Below, piece after piece: positions 45,098-56,576 of a stretch of DNA of 64,000 nucleotides. The translations under genes and the position numbers were made by a program. This stretch comes from Flectonema sp. DT1601 (lineage: Eukaryota), in assembly GCA_964019425.1 (NCBI GenBank), contig OZ025785.1, positions 186,001-250,000 of the forward strand, written 5' to 3'. The stretch's first letter is position 1; every line of letters starts with the position of its first letter. The notes under the pieces were generated by a model. The model made no database searches. It saw nothing but the letters and a program-made list of their open reading frames with translations, and was not told the origin of the DNA.

Positions 45098-48000
45098 TCA
45101 GTTATAATCCTTATGCAGGTGGGGATACTTTGTTTTTGCAGAAGAGTATTTGATTTTTCCATTTACAGTTTCTTCTAATTTCCCACAATTAAGTTTCAAG
45201 GGACCGAATCTAAAAGTGTTCTCAATGAGTTCTGTTCCTGTGAAGTACACACAGCCAATGGGTTCATATCCTATTCCTTCCCACCTGTTTATTTCTTCGG
45301 TTTTCAATTCATGAGCAGTTGTGTTAAAAACGACGAAATATGAGATCTTTTTCCTTTCAAGAAACTCGACACACTCCGATTCAAGGATGTTATTTTTAGC
45401 CTTTAACCAGTCAGCTGCAGAGAACTTCTGCACAAATTTGTCCTGCATAAGAGCCACCAATAGTTTATCCCCACAGGAAAACGGAACAATACGTTCTACT
45501 CCCTTTTCGTTTTGCTTCTCTGATGCGACAGTGTAACCATCCTTCAAGTCTTGTAGAATAGTCTCGCCGTGCTTCTTATTATATAGTCTGTTGATCACCT
45601 TAGTTTCAGAGCTATCCACATCTTCTGATTTTCCCAGATTTTCGGCAAACTTCACTAACGATGTCTTCTCGGACCCCGGTATTATTATTTTGAGTTTTTT
45701 ATTCTTAAAATCATTAGATTCTTCAAATTTCATACCAGAAAACTTTGCCCCTGCAAAAAAGTCCTCCACTGTAACTTCCTTTCCATTTCCCACAAGAATC
45801 TTTCTAATACACTCAAAGTTCATTGTTACGGTTTCCATGTTCTTCTCTTGTCCTGGAACACATAAGACGTCACCCTCGTAAGCATCTCGTAGATGATTCT
45901 TTAGTAACTTAATGAGATTATTATTACCATCGATGTCATCATTGTTGTCATCATTAGCCCACAGTCTTAACAACTGAGGTACCAAATACTGTAGGCCGTC
46001 TGCATCCTGAATTAATCCCTTCTCCTTCCAAGCCTTCCAAAGTTTTAAATCATCTTCTGACACGCTACCAGTGAACCAACGACATACATTCTCATAATTG
46101 AGGAAGTTATTTATTATATTTAACTTTACTCTCGAGTATGACTCCTTAATCTTATAACTAAAAACACTCTCAGAATCATTCGTGTCGAGTAATGAGAGGA
46201 GTCCCGGGTTACCTCCACACGACAGAAATGATTGCCAAAGAGACTTCGATTTACGAATGACTTTCATCTTTTCATCAGCAATCGCAAGGATCGAATTTTC
46301 CGGACTGAGATTGCACAACGGAATACAAAAGATGGGTCTGCCTGCCTTCAAATAGTTAGAGTCGAGTCCTGTGAAGACGAACATGACAGGCTTGTTGGGG
46401 TTCTCTTTCTTCCTTGAGTTATTTTGAATGGTCATGAGTTCAGAGATAAGGGACTGCACATTACCTTTCTGTCCATCGTGTGGGATGAGATCATCGACGA
46501 AGATGATCATACCCTTACATTTCTTACATTCCTTACATTTCTTGAGATCGAATAGCTGTTCTATTATCTCTTCCAGGGAAGGTGGAGACTGAGCAGTTTC
46601 CTTACTTATCCCATTGGAAGACAGCAGTTGGGTAGTAAACTGTTTGATATGTTCATCTTTATCATTAGACAGTTCGACTTGATCAGAATAAGTGACGACA
46701 ACAGAAATGAATTCTTCTTCATTAACCTCAGCTGACATGTTTTTAATGAATGTTGTCTTCCCAGCCCCAGGGATACCAATCGCTGCCAGGGGTTTGAATC
46801 CGCTCAATTCTCCCTCTTTATTTTTATTTAAAAACTGGCCCTCATCTTTTCCAAAAAAGAATGCCTCTTTATATTTATTAAATACTTTGATGCTCTTTTC
46901 ACGCCCAAAAAATGGTTCACTTACCCATCCGAGAGAATTTAACTTTTGTTTGTGACCCTTGACATTAGTTTTTAAATCTTCGATCTTTTTTTCTAATTCG
47001 ATGCTCCTTTCTAATTTATTAACATTTTGTTTAAATTGGTAATTCCAATCACCAGTACAACCCTCTTGTGATCCTTTGATGTGTGTTATAATTCGGATAG
47101 TATCATTAATTAATATCCACATGCTCATTGGTAATTCCTTCTCTTCTATTGCTTTGATGCACTCTATTAACTTATCTCTGATTTCATCAGATACTTTTAT
47201 TGATTTGATGTACTCCTCGTTAAGGTTCTTAAGGATGCCTTCGGTGGTGGTATTCAATTGGTTGATGATATTTACAAAGGTCTCGTTATTTTTTATATTC
47301 CTGACGCTTTCTTCTAATTTCTTGATGCTCTCTGTGGGTTTAATAGAACTTTTTTCTAACCAGCCGATGATCGTTTCTAATTTTTTGATATAAACTTTGA
47401 CTTTTATGCTCTTCTTTAAGCTCTTAATGTTTTCTTTTAATTCTTTAATTTTTGTTTTCTTAATATCGCTTTCTAAGTTGTTGATGCTAGAGATATTGTC
47501 AGATATCTCTTTGTTCGTTTCACACCCGCATAATTTGGGGATGATTTCATTTAATATTAGTCGATCTTTAATTAAGGCGATGGAGTGTTCATTATTGATG
47601 ACTTTCGTATCTTTCAATTGTTTGATGATGTCTTTAAAGGGTTCGTTATTTCTTTGTAATTTCCTGACCCCCTCTTGTAGTTTCTTGATGCTCTCTGTTG
47701 GTTTAATAGAACTTGTCTTTAACCAGTCGATGATCGTTTCTAAACTTTTAACATTATATTCAACTTCCACACTCTCTTTTAATTTCTTGATTTCTGCTTT
47801 TAATTCTTCAATACATGTTTTCCTGACATCGCTTTCTGCATTGTTATCTTCCACTAACCCATTAATCCGGGTGATCTCCTCAGATATCTTTTTCCTCGCA
47901 TTGGTGATGCAGTTTTCTAATCCGGTGATGATTTCTTGAGGTAAGGCGTCGGAGTGTTTATTGGAGTCTATCTTGTCTTTCAATTGATTGATGATCTCCT

Positions 48001-49591
48001 TAAAGGTCTCGTTATTTTCTAATTTCCTGACCCCCTTTTGTAGTTTCTCGATGCTCTCTTTTGGTTTAATAGGACTTGTCTCTAACCAGCCGATGATCAT
48101 TCCTAAACTTTTGATATAACCTGCGACTTCTGCTTTTGATTCTTCAATTTGTATTTTCCTAGGAACGCCTTCTAATTTGATAGCCTCTAAAATCGGGGAG
48201 ATCTTCTCAGATATCGCTTCGCTCGTTTTGCATTCCTTTAATTCGGTGATGATATTATTTAATATTAGTTGATTTTTAATTAAGGCAATGGAGTGTTCAT
48301 TATTGATGAGTTCAGTATTTCCCAATTCCTCGATGTTCCTTTTAAAGGTCTTGTTCTTTTTTAATTTTTCGATGCTGTTTGCTGATTTAATAGATACGTT
48401 TAACTTGCCGATGCTTGTTCCTAATTTATTGATCTGATCCAGGCTCTTTTGTAAGCTACCAAGTATTGCTTTTAAGTTTTTACTACTTATTTCTGGTTCC
48501 TTGATGTCCTTTAATTTCAGGATGATCTGTTCAGAGGTATCTTTGAGATATTTACTTAATATTGATTTCTTGATCTGTTTAGAGATGTCTTTCGTGGTAG
48601 TCGATACATCGATGATATCTGGCTTCTTGTTTTTTAATTTGTCAACGATCGTTTTTAAACTTTTGATAATATTTTTGATTTCTAAGTTCCCTTTTAAGTC
48701 CTCAATTACTTTTAATTTTGATTCTTCACTTTTTGGTTCCGCATCGTTTAATTTTTTGATGTCCATTAAAATCCTGATGGTATCCTTAAATATCTCGTAG
48801 CTCATTGGTAATTCCACGGGGCTGCTTTCTATTTCGACGATGCACCTGTTCAATCCAGGAATGATTTCTTTTGGTAGTGAAAAAGTCTTCAAGTCCTTGG
48901 GGAGGTCTTTGACGATCTCTTTAAAAGTCTCGTTATTTCCTTTTTCCATATGATCTTCGACTTTTAAGCTCTTTTCTAAGCTTGTAATTTTTGCTCCCAA
49001 GTCTTTAATTTTTGGTTCCCCAGTATTGCATTCTAATCCTTTGATGGATATTAAAAGCAGGATGATATCCTTAAACATCTCATCACTATTTGGTAATTCC
49101 ACGGGGCTATTTTCTATTTCTTCGATGCACTCATTCAATTTAGGAATGATTTTACTAAATATTAAGTGATCCTTGAAGTCATTGATGTACTGTTTAAGAT
49201 TAGGGATGTCTTTCTCTTCTTCCAGGCCACTGATGACATTTTGAAAAGACACGTTCTTTTTCAAGTCCTTTATGCTCTTTCTTGAGTCCTTGATGATTTT
49301 AAACTTTTTATCATTTGGTAAGATATCATTAGAATTAATATTAATCTTCTCCAATGGATTATATTCATTCTTAAGGGTCAGTAATTTACCATTACTTTTG
49401 AGTAACATCTCCTCCTCCTCCTCCAAAGATTTAACATATTCATAATAACCTTTATTATCATTCAATTCGCTGCAAGTCAACTTCTTCAGGTCTTCTTCAT
49501 TCAGCTTCTTTTTCTTCTCATCGTTCTGTGGTTTATTAATTTTCTTTTCGATGCAGGATTCCCTCTCAGAAGATGTTTCAGCTCCAGACAT
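45098..49591 (-). CDS. Crinkler/RHS-like NTPase-nuclease protein, array copy 6 (1497 aa, expanded N-terminal repeats)
   Basis: Same motifs; three II(G/D)WL..S.IKP.ESI.KL modules in the N-terminal half. Confidence 0.85.
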   Translation of the reverse strand: MSGAETSSERESCIEKKINKPQNDEKKKKLNEEDLKKLTCSELNDNKGYYEYVKSLEEEEEMLLKSNGKLLTLKNEYNPLEKININSNDILPNDKKFKIIKDSRKSIKDLKKNVSFQNVISGLEEEKDIPNLKQYINDFKDHLIFSKIIPKLNECIEEIENSPVELPNSDEMFKDIILLLISIKGLECNTGEPKIKDLGAKITSLEKSLKVEDHMEKGNNETFKEIVKDLPKDLKTFSLPKEIIPGLNRCIVEIESSPVELPMSYEIFKDTIRILMDIKKLNDAEPKSEESKLKVIEDLKGNLEIKNIIKSLKTIVDKLKNKKPDIIDVSTTTKDISKQIKKSILSKYLKDTSEQIILKLKDIKEPEISSKNLKAILGSLQKSLDQINKLGTSIGKLNVSIKSANSIEKLKKNKTFKRNIEELGNTELINNEHSIALIKNQLILNNIITELKECKTSEAISEKISPILEAIKLEGVPRKIQIEESKAEVAGYIKSLGMIIGWLETSPIKPKESIEKLQKGVRKLENNETFKEIINQLKDKIDSNKHSDALPQEIITGLENCITNARKKISEEITRINGLVEDNNAESDVRKTCIEELKAEIKKLKESVEVEYNVKSLETIIDWLKTSSIKPTESIKKLQEGVRKLQRNNEPFKDIIKQLKDTKVINNEHSIALIKDRLILNEIIPKLCGCETNKEISDNISSINNLESDIKKTKIKELKENIKSLKKSIKVKVYIKKLETIIGWLEKSSIKPTESIKKLEESVRNIKNNETFVNIINQLNTTTEGILKNLNEEYIKSIKVSDEIRDKLIECIKAIEEKELPMSMWILINDTIRIITHIKGSQEGCTGDWNYQFKQNVNKLERSIELEKKIEDLKTNVKGHKQKLNSLGWVSEPFFGREKSIKVFNKYKEAFFFGKDEGQFLNKNKEGELSGFKPLAAIGIPGAGKTTFIKNMSAEVNEEEFISVVVTYSDQVELSNDKDEHIKQFTTQLLSSNGISKETAQSPPSLEEIIEQLFDLKKCKECKKCKGMIIFVDDLIPHDGQKGNVQSLISELMTIQNNSRKKENPNKPVMFVFTGLDSNYLKAGRPIFCIPLCNLSPENSILAIADEKMKVIRKSKSLWQSFLSCGGNPGLLSLLDTNDSESVFSYKIKESYSRVKLNIINNFLNYENVCRWFTGSVSEDDLKLWKAWKEKGLIQDADGLQYLVPQLLRLWANDDNNDDIDGNNNLIKLLKNHLRDAYEGDVLCVPGQEKNMETVTMNFECIRKILVGNGKEVTVEDFFAGAKFSGMKFEESNDFKNKKLKIIIPGSEKTSLVKFAENLGKSEDVDSSETKVINRLYNKKHGETILQDLKDGYTVASEKQNEKGVERIVPFSCGDKLLVALMQDKFVQKFSAADWLKAKNNILESECVEFLERKKISYFVVFNTTAHELKTEEINRWEGIGYEPIGCVYFTGTELIENTFRFGPLKLNCGKLEETVNGKIKYSSAKTKYPHLHKDYN

Positions 49592-50019
49592 TGTTATATT
49601 TTATTAGGTTACTTGTTATTGTAATCAAACTTTGAGGAATTCTTAAATTGCATAAAAACTGAAACACCGTTTTGTCAACTCCGAGTTGCTTAAGTGAGAA
49701 GACCAAACAGTTGGTCCAATAAAATAGTTGAAGTGATCTGAAGCTACTTCACCTCACTCACCCTCCTCCACTTCTACTTCTCTTACCGATCCTTTATTGT
49801 TACTGAAGAAATGTGAAGATTTAATTAATCGTTTTTGAGTCGAATATAATTTTTAATTAACTCTCAATTCTGAGAGCTACCTGAAAGTTAGTCAACTTGA
49901 TTTCATTATAATTAGTTGGCAGTGTTTTCACAAAACGAGTATTCCTTTGGTACACAAAAGGTTTGTTAATGTTATTTTAGATATCTGATGTATTTATTGT
50001 AGGAGATCAAGACATTATG

Positions 50020-50470
50020 TGACCAAACACACATCTTCTTTCTTAAAGCACCACATTTTGTAGTATTGTCTACTCAAATGGAGTGGTCATTCCATTAAGA
50101 GCTTGTCCCAGGGCATCAGTCTCAAGAACAAAATTGATAGGCCATGACGAGTCAACAATAACAAGTTCCCCTGTATCCCAAACAACAACTCCTCCCCATC
50201 CTTGCAATGAAGCATAAACGAAAAACATCTGCAGCCTTTCCTTTCTTTTCTTTAGGGATTATCTCTCTTTCAATCTGAACAGAAGAAATCCAAGAAATAA
50301 AGCTCTTTCTCAACAGAGTGTGGGATCTTCAAAACATCCTGTACCAGAAAAATACAAATAGAAACCAAGCTGTCTAAGGCAGCAAAGTTATCGGTCACAG
50401 CAAGAGAGACTGCCACACAACCATTCCCGCTTCCTCTCCTTTCCACATTGCCTCTTCTGCATCAAGAAAA
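50020..50470 (-). mobile_element. Degenerate DIRS/VIPER/TATE-type retroelement RNase H remnant
   Basis: Hand translation FVYASLQGWGGVV...SSWPINFVLE..AL..AL, then VDNTT in a shifted frame, matching the DAS..GWG / IN.LE / DNT pattern; upstream boundary approximate. Confidence 0.65.
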
Positions 50471-50599
50471 GGTCACCTAACAATCAACAATGTTCACTGG
50501 CCACTAAGGCTGTCTATGCTTCGGAATCTTCCCGCTTTTTAATGAAAAGAAAAGAAAAGAATGCAAAGTAGCGGAATATGAAAATGACAGTAAGCAAGC

Positions 50600-50870
50600 A
50601 TCTTAGTCAGGTTGACTGATGAAGAGGAGATGCTAAAAAAAGATAAACTGCTTAACAGATAGAAATATTGATCAGCTGTGACTGATGAAGATGAGATACT
50701 AAGACTGTTTTAGAGTTAAGATTACTGATCAGTTGTGTTCACTAAAAAAAGATATATTTAAAACACAATTGGTCAGCAGTGACCGATGAGGAAGGGAAGC
50801 TAAAATAAAAAACTGCTCAGAGAAGCGATTGTTATCAGAGATAAAGTCTTGTCAGTTTTGGTCATGACCA
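50600..50870. repeat. Degenerate tandem repeat of about 60-75 bp
   Basis: Recurring TCAG..GTGAC(T/C)GATGA(A/G)G..GAGAT.CTAA units. Confidence 0.5.
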
Positions 50871-51824
50871 GGACAGGGTGAGATACAGAAGCAACTTAAG
50901 AAAGAAGAAAGCGGCTACACATAGCAGAAGCCTTGAGCAACAGAATCATTGAGAAACAGGCAATAACAATCGCTGTCTGCGATAATTTTCATTTAATGTA
51001 TTCTTATTTTAGTGTGAATTTTTCACGATATCAATTTTTTCTCTTTATCAGACTCTGCCCACTTTTTCTTACTCCAAAGTACGAATTTGAAAGAAGAAGT
51101 GCCGATGTCCCGTCGAACCGAATCGGGCCTGGCACAACCCCTACGCAGAAGTAATCTGCACCCCTTCACACTGTAGATACTTCTTTGTTGTGGATACAAT
51201 TCCAGTGTTTGTCTTTACTTGCGTTCTTAACTTTTACTTCTTTCTCAGGTGCATTTTGTGATGGAAAGTGAATTATCTCGAGCGAATATCCTGTAACTGT
51301 GTGGTTTGATTTTATTGTAATTATAATAATGACATCGAAATTGGATTCCGCTGTCTACATGCTGCGCATCGGCAGCAAAGAAAAGAAAGAAAGCAAACTG
51401 TTTAATCCCGATTGGGAACATACTTCGTCGCAACTGACGCCCAGTTAAGTTGGGAAATCAGGAACGTCAGCCGCTCGGTATGGTATCGAGAACCATACCG
51501 ATTGAGCTATGACGGCTCTGTTTCCCTGATATTCATTTTCTACTTCTTTCCGTTCCGCTCCTATCGGGAACGGAAAGGAAAAACACTCCCGGCACTCTAA
51601 AGGTTGTATTTTAGATAAATTAGTAGTATCGACCCAACGGCTATTGTGGCATGCGTTATCGCTATGTTTAGGATGTTATTTTATTGTTGGTACATTTATA
51701 ATTAATGCCCTGAATGTAATCGTGTGTTTCTTTCAATTGGTGCTAGAACTACACATTTGAATGGGGATAATTGTAGAACAGAAAAGCCGTCGCACATGTT
51801 GTTCTTTGTGTATGTTTTCTTCAG

Positions 51825-52502
51825 GTGCGAGTAGTTTTTTTGTTCTTGCTTTTCAGGGAGGGCCTTAGCCAAAAGCTAACAGTCCAAATCTCACCTGGCA
51901 ACTTAACTCATAAGTCGGCACTCATGACAACCTCATCACAAGAGGAAGATACTGATTTCATAACTTCACCTGTATCTAGTCAGAGTAAGACAAGTTTAAG
52001 TGCTTCTACCCCCCTTCATTTGAATAGACTCCGGTTCCAATCGTTTGGACAAGAGTGGATGGAAATACAAAAGACAGCAGAAGAAGAACTCCCTGCTTTT
52101 ATCTCTGATCTTCCTAACTCCTCTAATGCTGCACAGAGCCTTCAAGATTTAAACTTGAAAATTTACGAGATTTGTAGTGCGCATTTCCCAGAGGTTAAAG
52201 GAAATGGAAAGGGAAAAAAAATACTCTCACGTGAAGAGAGCATCCTTGAACAAGAAAAGAAAGAATGCCGACTAGTTTTGAAAGAACTACGTCGAGATTT
52301 AAGGACAAACGGGCACTCTTATCAAAACACATTAGAGTGGAAAGAGGCCCGAAAAAGGATGAAGAGAACCTTTCACATGTATGAGAGAATCAAACAGAAG
52401 AATAATTTCAAAAAAATACAAAGCGAATTTCAGAACAACCCTTTCGAAGCAATTAAAAATGAATTAAAAAAAGACGACCCACCTGGGGATCCAGTTAAAT
52501 AA
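51825..52502 (+). pseudogene. Probable fragment of a non-LTR retrotransposon ORF (region preceding the RT)
   Basis: Helical K/R/E-rich segment ending FQNNPFEAIKNEL, resembling the F..NP...K pre-RT motif; no RT follows. Confidence 0.4.
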
Positions 52503-53871
52503 CTAAGCGGTTCGTAAGCTAACATTAATATATAGCTATCGGATACAAAAGTTTTGTTTATATACCGTTCGGGAGGTCTTATTTTACTTCGACTGTCACA
52601 CGGGGATCTATCAAAGAAGGCTGAAGCCATTCGTTGCCGTTTAGAGTTAGCAGCGCTTCGCGAATAAAAGATTTAGCTTCATTCAACATAAGGAACAGGG
52701 TTTCCCTTTTTTGATATGTACAAGTTCTTTCTCCATCAAGTATCCCTGACACAGTAATCTCTACAGGAATATACTTTGTTGCTACCACTCCCTCTATGTC
52801 TTCTTGTGTAGTGTGGTTGGCAATAAGCAATGGAAGTTTACTGTGAAGTTCATCATGGACACAACGCTGCGCGGTGAATACGTAGAGGAGAGAGAATAAA
52901 ACTGTGAGCTGCAACATTTGATGATGAGGGCATTGTTTCATGTACAACCTTGAAATCGAAATACAATTCTAATCGAATATTCATATTTTGCAAAATATCA
53001 CTACCTAAAAAAAAAAAAAAAGAAAAAAGAAATTTCAGAATAGAACCTATAAGAGAACTAAAACTGAATAAAATGAACACAAAATATCAACACGCTGTGT
53101 GGATATACCGACAGCTAAAGAATAATGGACGAGTCGCATTAGCTTAGAATACATACCCGCACCTCTTTAGGGATGTGATGGTTTGATAACGTAGTATAAG
53201 GTTACACTGAAAAATAGTTATTACAGCATACTTGTCCAAAAAAAGCTTTTAAAAAAAAGAAATCTAGTTAGCCATCAATGTATTGCACCTGAGAGAGAAA
53301 ATGATGATAAAGTAATGAATAACACGCACACAAACTGAGATCAACAACAGAGGCACATGCTGAACGGACATTCAAAGTGAAATCCCGCCTACTGACAAAG
53401 CAGCGATCAAGAATGGTTCACAAACATGTTGATGCTATGTTGCAAGTAGTGTTCAACATGTTTAAGGTGTGTGCTGCTGACCCAATAAGGAAGAAGACAA
53501 AAAAAAAGCGGAAGGCCCTGCTGTGAAGAAGGTTAAAGACGAATTTTCCCAAGTTTAATAATTCCTTTCTACCCTCTTCTAATAACTGATGCCACATGTC
53601 TTTCTAGCTTGTTTTTACTGCTTCTGTGGTATAATTGATTTAGTGAATTTATAGATATCTCCTCCCTTTAGTGACACTTTTTTAATCCAGATGGGGAAAA
53701 TGTGTGTTAGGTAAGTATGTAAGGTAAGTAAATTTTGTGCTTGCCGATGCATTCATAAAAAAATTGCTTGTATCTGCTTGTTCAAAGTATGCCTTTGATG
53801 GGCCAAGTTGGGACTGTTTGTCTCTTCTTAGTTCTGTTAACATTTTTTTTTCTTTCCTTCTTTCTTTCTTA

Positions 53872-54434
53872 CTACTCAAACCCTGCAAGATGTGTGCTGG
53901 GCCAGCCCACAATAACAATGGCCGCTTTCTGTGTCTTATTGGTGCTGTTATCTGGTTCAGGAGCCTTGAATTTCATTTTTTTAATTGGGAGAACATAGAT
54001 GATGACATGGTAAGTGATGGTAATTGATAAGCCTTGTATATGTGAAATCAAGCCTTTAATATCTGCTTTGTTGAACTTCAAGGGACCGTGTGTTGTTTCA
54101 GAAACTGTTGTTTGTAGCATATACAGAACACTTTTCTTACTCTTCTTAGCTAGGAAGAAGAAATCCAACCCGTGAAAATTGGACTTATTAGGCTGGTAAA
54201 GCACCCCAACTTCAGGGACACAGCTGCTGCTTAATGTCTCGTAGCCGTGCTTTTCGAGTCTGATAGTCTTCCGGCCCATTTGAAGAGTGCCTCCTGCCGC
54301 AAAATATGACCGAAACTTCAGCTCAAAGATGCATCCCAGGTAGCCCTTGTTCTCAATCCTCTCGATGAAGGTTTTGTTACACATCTCTTTCTTCCCTCTG
54401 CTGCTGTTTTACATACATTAAAGATTTTCTCACT
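53872..54434 (-). pseudogene. 5'-truncated Crinkler/RHS family 2 gene (nuclease half)
   Basis: GCIFE...LYQPNKSNFHGLDFF...LQTTV (CR-REase pattern); paralogous to 60760-61245. Confidence 0.75.
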
Positions 54435-54435
54435 C

Positions 54436-54601
54436 ATCTGTCTCATCCTTAAAGTACCCAGCAACCTTCTTATGCTTCTTCAGAGAACATTGGTTGGTCC
54501 ACTGGATAGTTGCAGGTGTCAAGTTCATCCTTAATACCTTCCAGTGACTTATGTAGGTCATCGGTCTTGATGTGTAGGATGAAGCTGTCTGTGTCAGCGT
54601 A
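54436..54601 (-). pseudogene. Polinton/Maverick-type protein-primed family B DNA polymerase fragment
   Basis: YADTDSFILHIKTDDL...LDTCNYPVDQPMFS, then after a frameshift KKVAGYFKDE. Confidence 0.85.
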
Positions 54602-54891
54602 AGTCTTCTGTAGATAACTTCTCATCAACCGCTGGGTCATAAGTATACATGTAATCGGTTTCATACTTCCAGTTCAGCTCTGGAGAGACATCAAGATGGA
54701 TCCCATATGAAGATACCAGATGGCGACCACCTACAATCACGCTTTAGTCTGCGATCATCACGAAGGGTTTCTTCACAGTGTTGTTAGTTAGAATATGAGT
54801 TTATTATAAAAAAGTGCACTAAAATAAAATATAAAAAAGAAAAATTATAAAAACACATTGTTCTGCTGTTCCATAATACACTGCGGAATAC

Positions 54892-54960
54892 GTAGTTTCA
54901 GGCCTTAATCTTATACTACTTGTCCCTCTTTAGGTCTTCATCAGTAAGTTCTAAGGGACA
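54892..54960 (-). ncRNA. Predicted rearranged hammerhead ribozyme, family B, at the 3' end of the Penelope-like element
   Basis: TGTCCCT..CTTA CTGATGA AGACCT..AGGGACA A GTAGTA^TAAG ATTA AGGCCT GAAACTAC; one A-C mismatch in stem II; predicted cut between 54914 and 54913. Confidence 0.7.
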
Positions 54961-55069
54961 TTCCAGTTAATTAATAAATCAGATTTATCAATCGGTCTAT
55001 TTCAAAGGAACTGATTTCTTAAAGTCCATCGGAGCTCGCCAGGACGGGCTAGCATATATTTGCTTTTGA

Positions 55070-56142
55070 TCAGCGTTCTATCTCTTCTACATCTGTTCGT
55101 TTTATTACGAGTGCGAGTTCTCCTTCATCGGAGCTGTAGTCGTCTTTCTTGCGCTTTTCCTTAGTGTTGGTGAGGAGTAGAATTCCTTCATTCGAGGGTG
55201 CCATGGTACAGTCGTTATCATTATTATTACCCTGCAGAGTTTTCTTAAAATCATGTGAAAACAATATTCTGGGCGTTTAAAATGTCTGTCAAAATGGTCG
55301 AATGATAATCGCCGGTCGGTCGCTCCTTGCTCGTTGCTGCCAGGTTCTACTTTTTGATGTTCTTCGTAGAATGTTTGTTGTAGTTCTTGCAAATAGCTGA
55401 AATTTATTCGGTCAAGATAAAGATGGTCTGCAACAAAATTCAGCGATGCCCATCCACACTCACCTCTAATTAGACCTTCCCCTGAAGATTGATGTGATTG
55501 TATTGGGAATCGTTTGTCTAAGGTGTGAAGTGTGGAACTTTTATGATTAATGGTGTCTTTTTCGTCGCTTACAGGGATACCATGATTAAACTTTTCGGAA
55601 GTAATATTTAGTCGTCTTCGAATTGCAGCTGCAACATTGCCATCGTCAATATATAAGTTGATAAAGCTGTGACAAGCTACTGCGAGGTTCTTAAACTTGT
55701 ATCCTCGGTTGAGTAGTCTGTATGTTACGAACTCGAACTCTTGTAGAAGATCTGTCTGATTATTACAGATTCTGAGTGCTCGTAGGAGAATGGTGGTGAA
55801 GATACCAGTACCCATCGATTCTTGAGCAGCCGAGTGCTGGTGAGTGAATCTTGTTGGTATTATGTGCCATCCACGCGCTTTGTCGTTAACGCTAAGACGT
55901 ATCCATCTGTTGTTTGATTTTGTGGTTTCGATTCGGATTCTAATTCCAATGTATGAAACATCATCAATACCATTAGAGGTCTCGGTGTAGTTCATGGAGT
56001 ATAATTCTGCTGGTGGTGGGTTGCAGTTCCATGTAAGGAAATCGTCTACGTAACGGCAAGAGTAGTCATGTTTGCGTGCTAAATCTAACTCTCCTTTCGC
56101 TACAAGGTCATCCATAAATTTAGATTCGATTCTGTAACAGTG
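55070..56142 (-). mobile_element. Penelope-like retroelement remnant: RT C-terminal half, thumb and Josephin-like domain
   Basis: RYVDD, VSYIGIRI, VNDK, S...GIF...LLRALRICN...LLNRGY (PLE RT/thumb pattern), followed by SGEGLIRGECGWASLNFVADHL. Confidence 0.8.
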
Positions 56143-56334
56143 AATTCGATAGAGTGGGAAGTAACGGACTGGGAGCTTTTGGCTCCTGCCCTATTCCCGA
56201 TGTAAACTTTCTTTTTATTTTTTTTTTTTTTTTTAACAGGCCCAGAGGGCGACAATGACTGTTGCTGACCAAGGAATAATATTCAAATGAATTTTCGTTT
56301 CAAAGAAACGAACAGAATTAAGAGAGAGGCAGAG

Positions 56335-56365
<31 letters not shown>

Positions 56366-56544
56366 AAAAAATATGAAGAGGAAATAATCAAACATGAAAA
56401 AAATAAAAAAAAAAAAATAAAATATAAATAAAAAACGTTGTATGAAAAAGGAAAAAAAAAAAAAAAAAAAAAAAAGACCAGAAAAGGAAAGAGAAAATGA
56501 AAAGGTATAATATTATTGTGGGGATATGAGGATAGCAGGGAGAT

Positions 56545-56576
<32 letters not shown>

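Larger units (their letters stand above)
21502..46031. repeat. Direct tandem duplication with a 12,146-bp period (21502-33885 repeated at 33648-46031)
   Basis: Identical ORFs at offset 12146 (26433/38579, 32279/44425); even the 34-A run is the same length in both copies. Confidence 0.93.

Noticed and set aside
50600..50870. Repeated CTGATGA as tandem hammerheads
   Set aside because: No stem II followed by GAAA; explained as a degenerate repeat.
52579..52947. 122-aa minus-strand ORF
   Set aside because: No recognisable motif or supporting paralogue.
53298..53366. Plus-strand ATGATGA...CTGA...CTGA as a C/D snoRNA
   Set aside because: No C' box and no recognisable rRNA complement.
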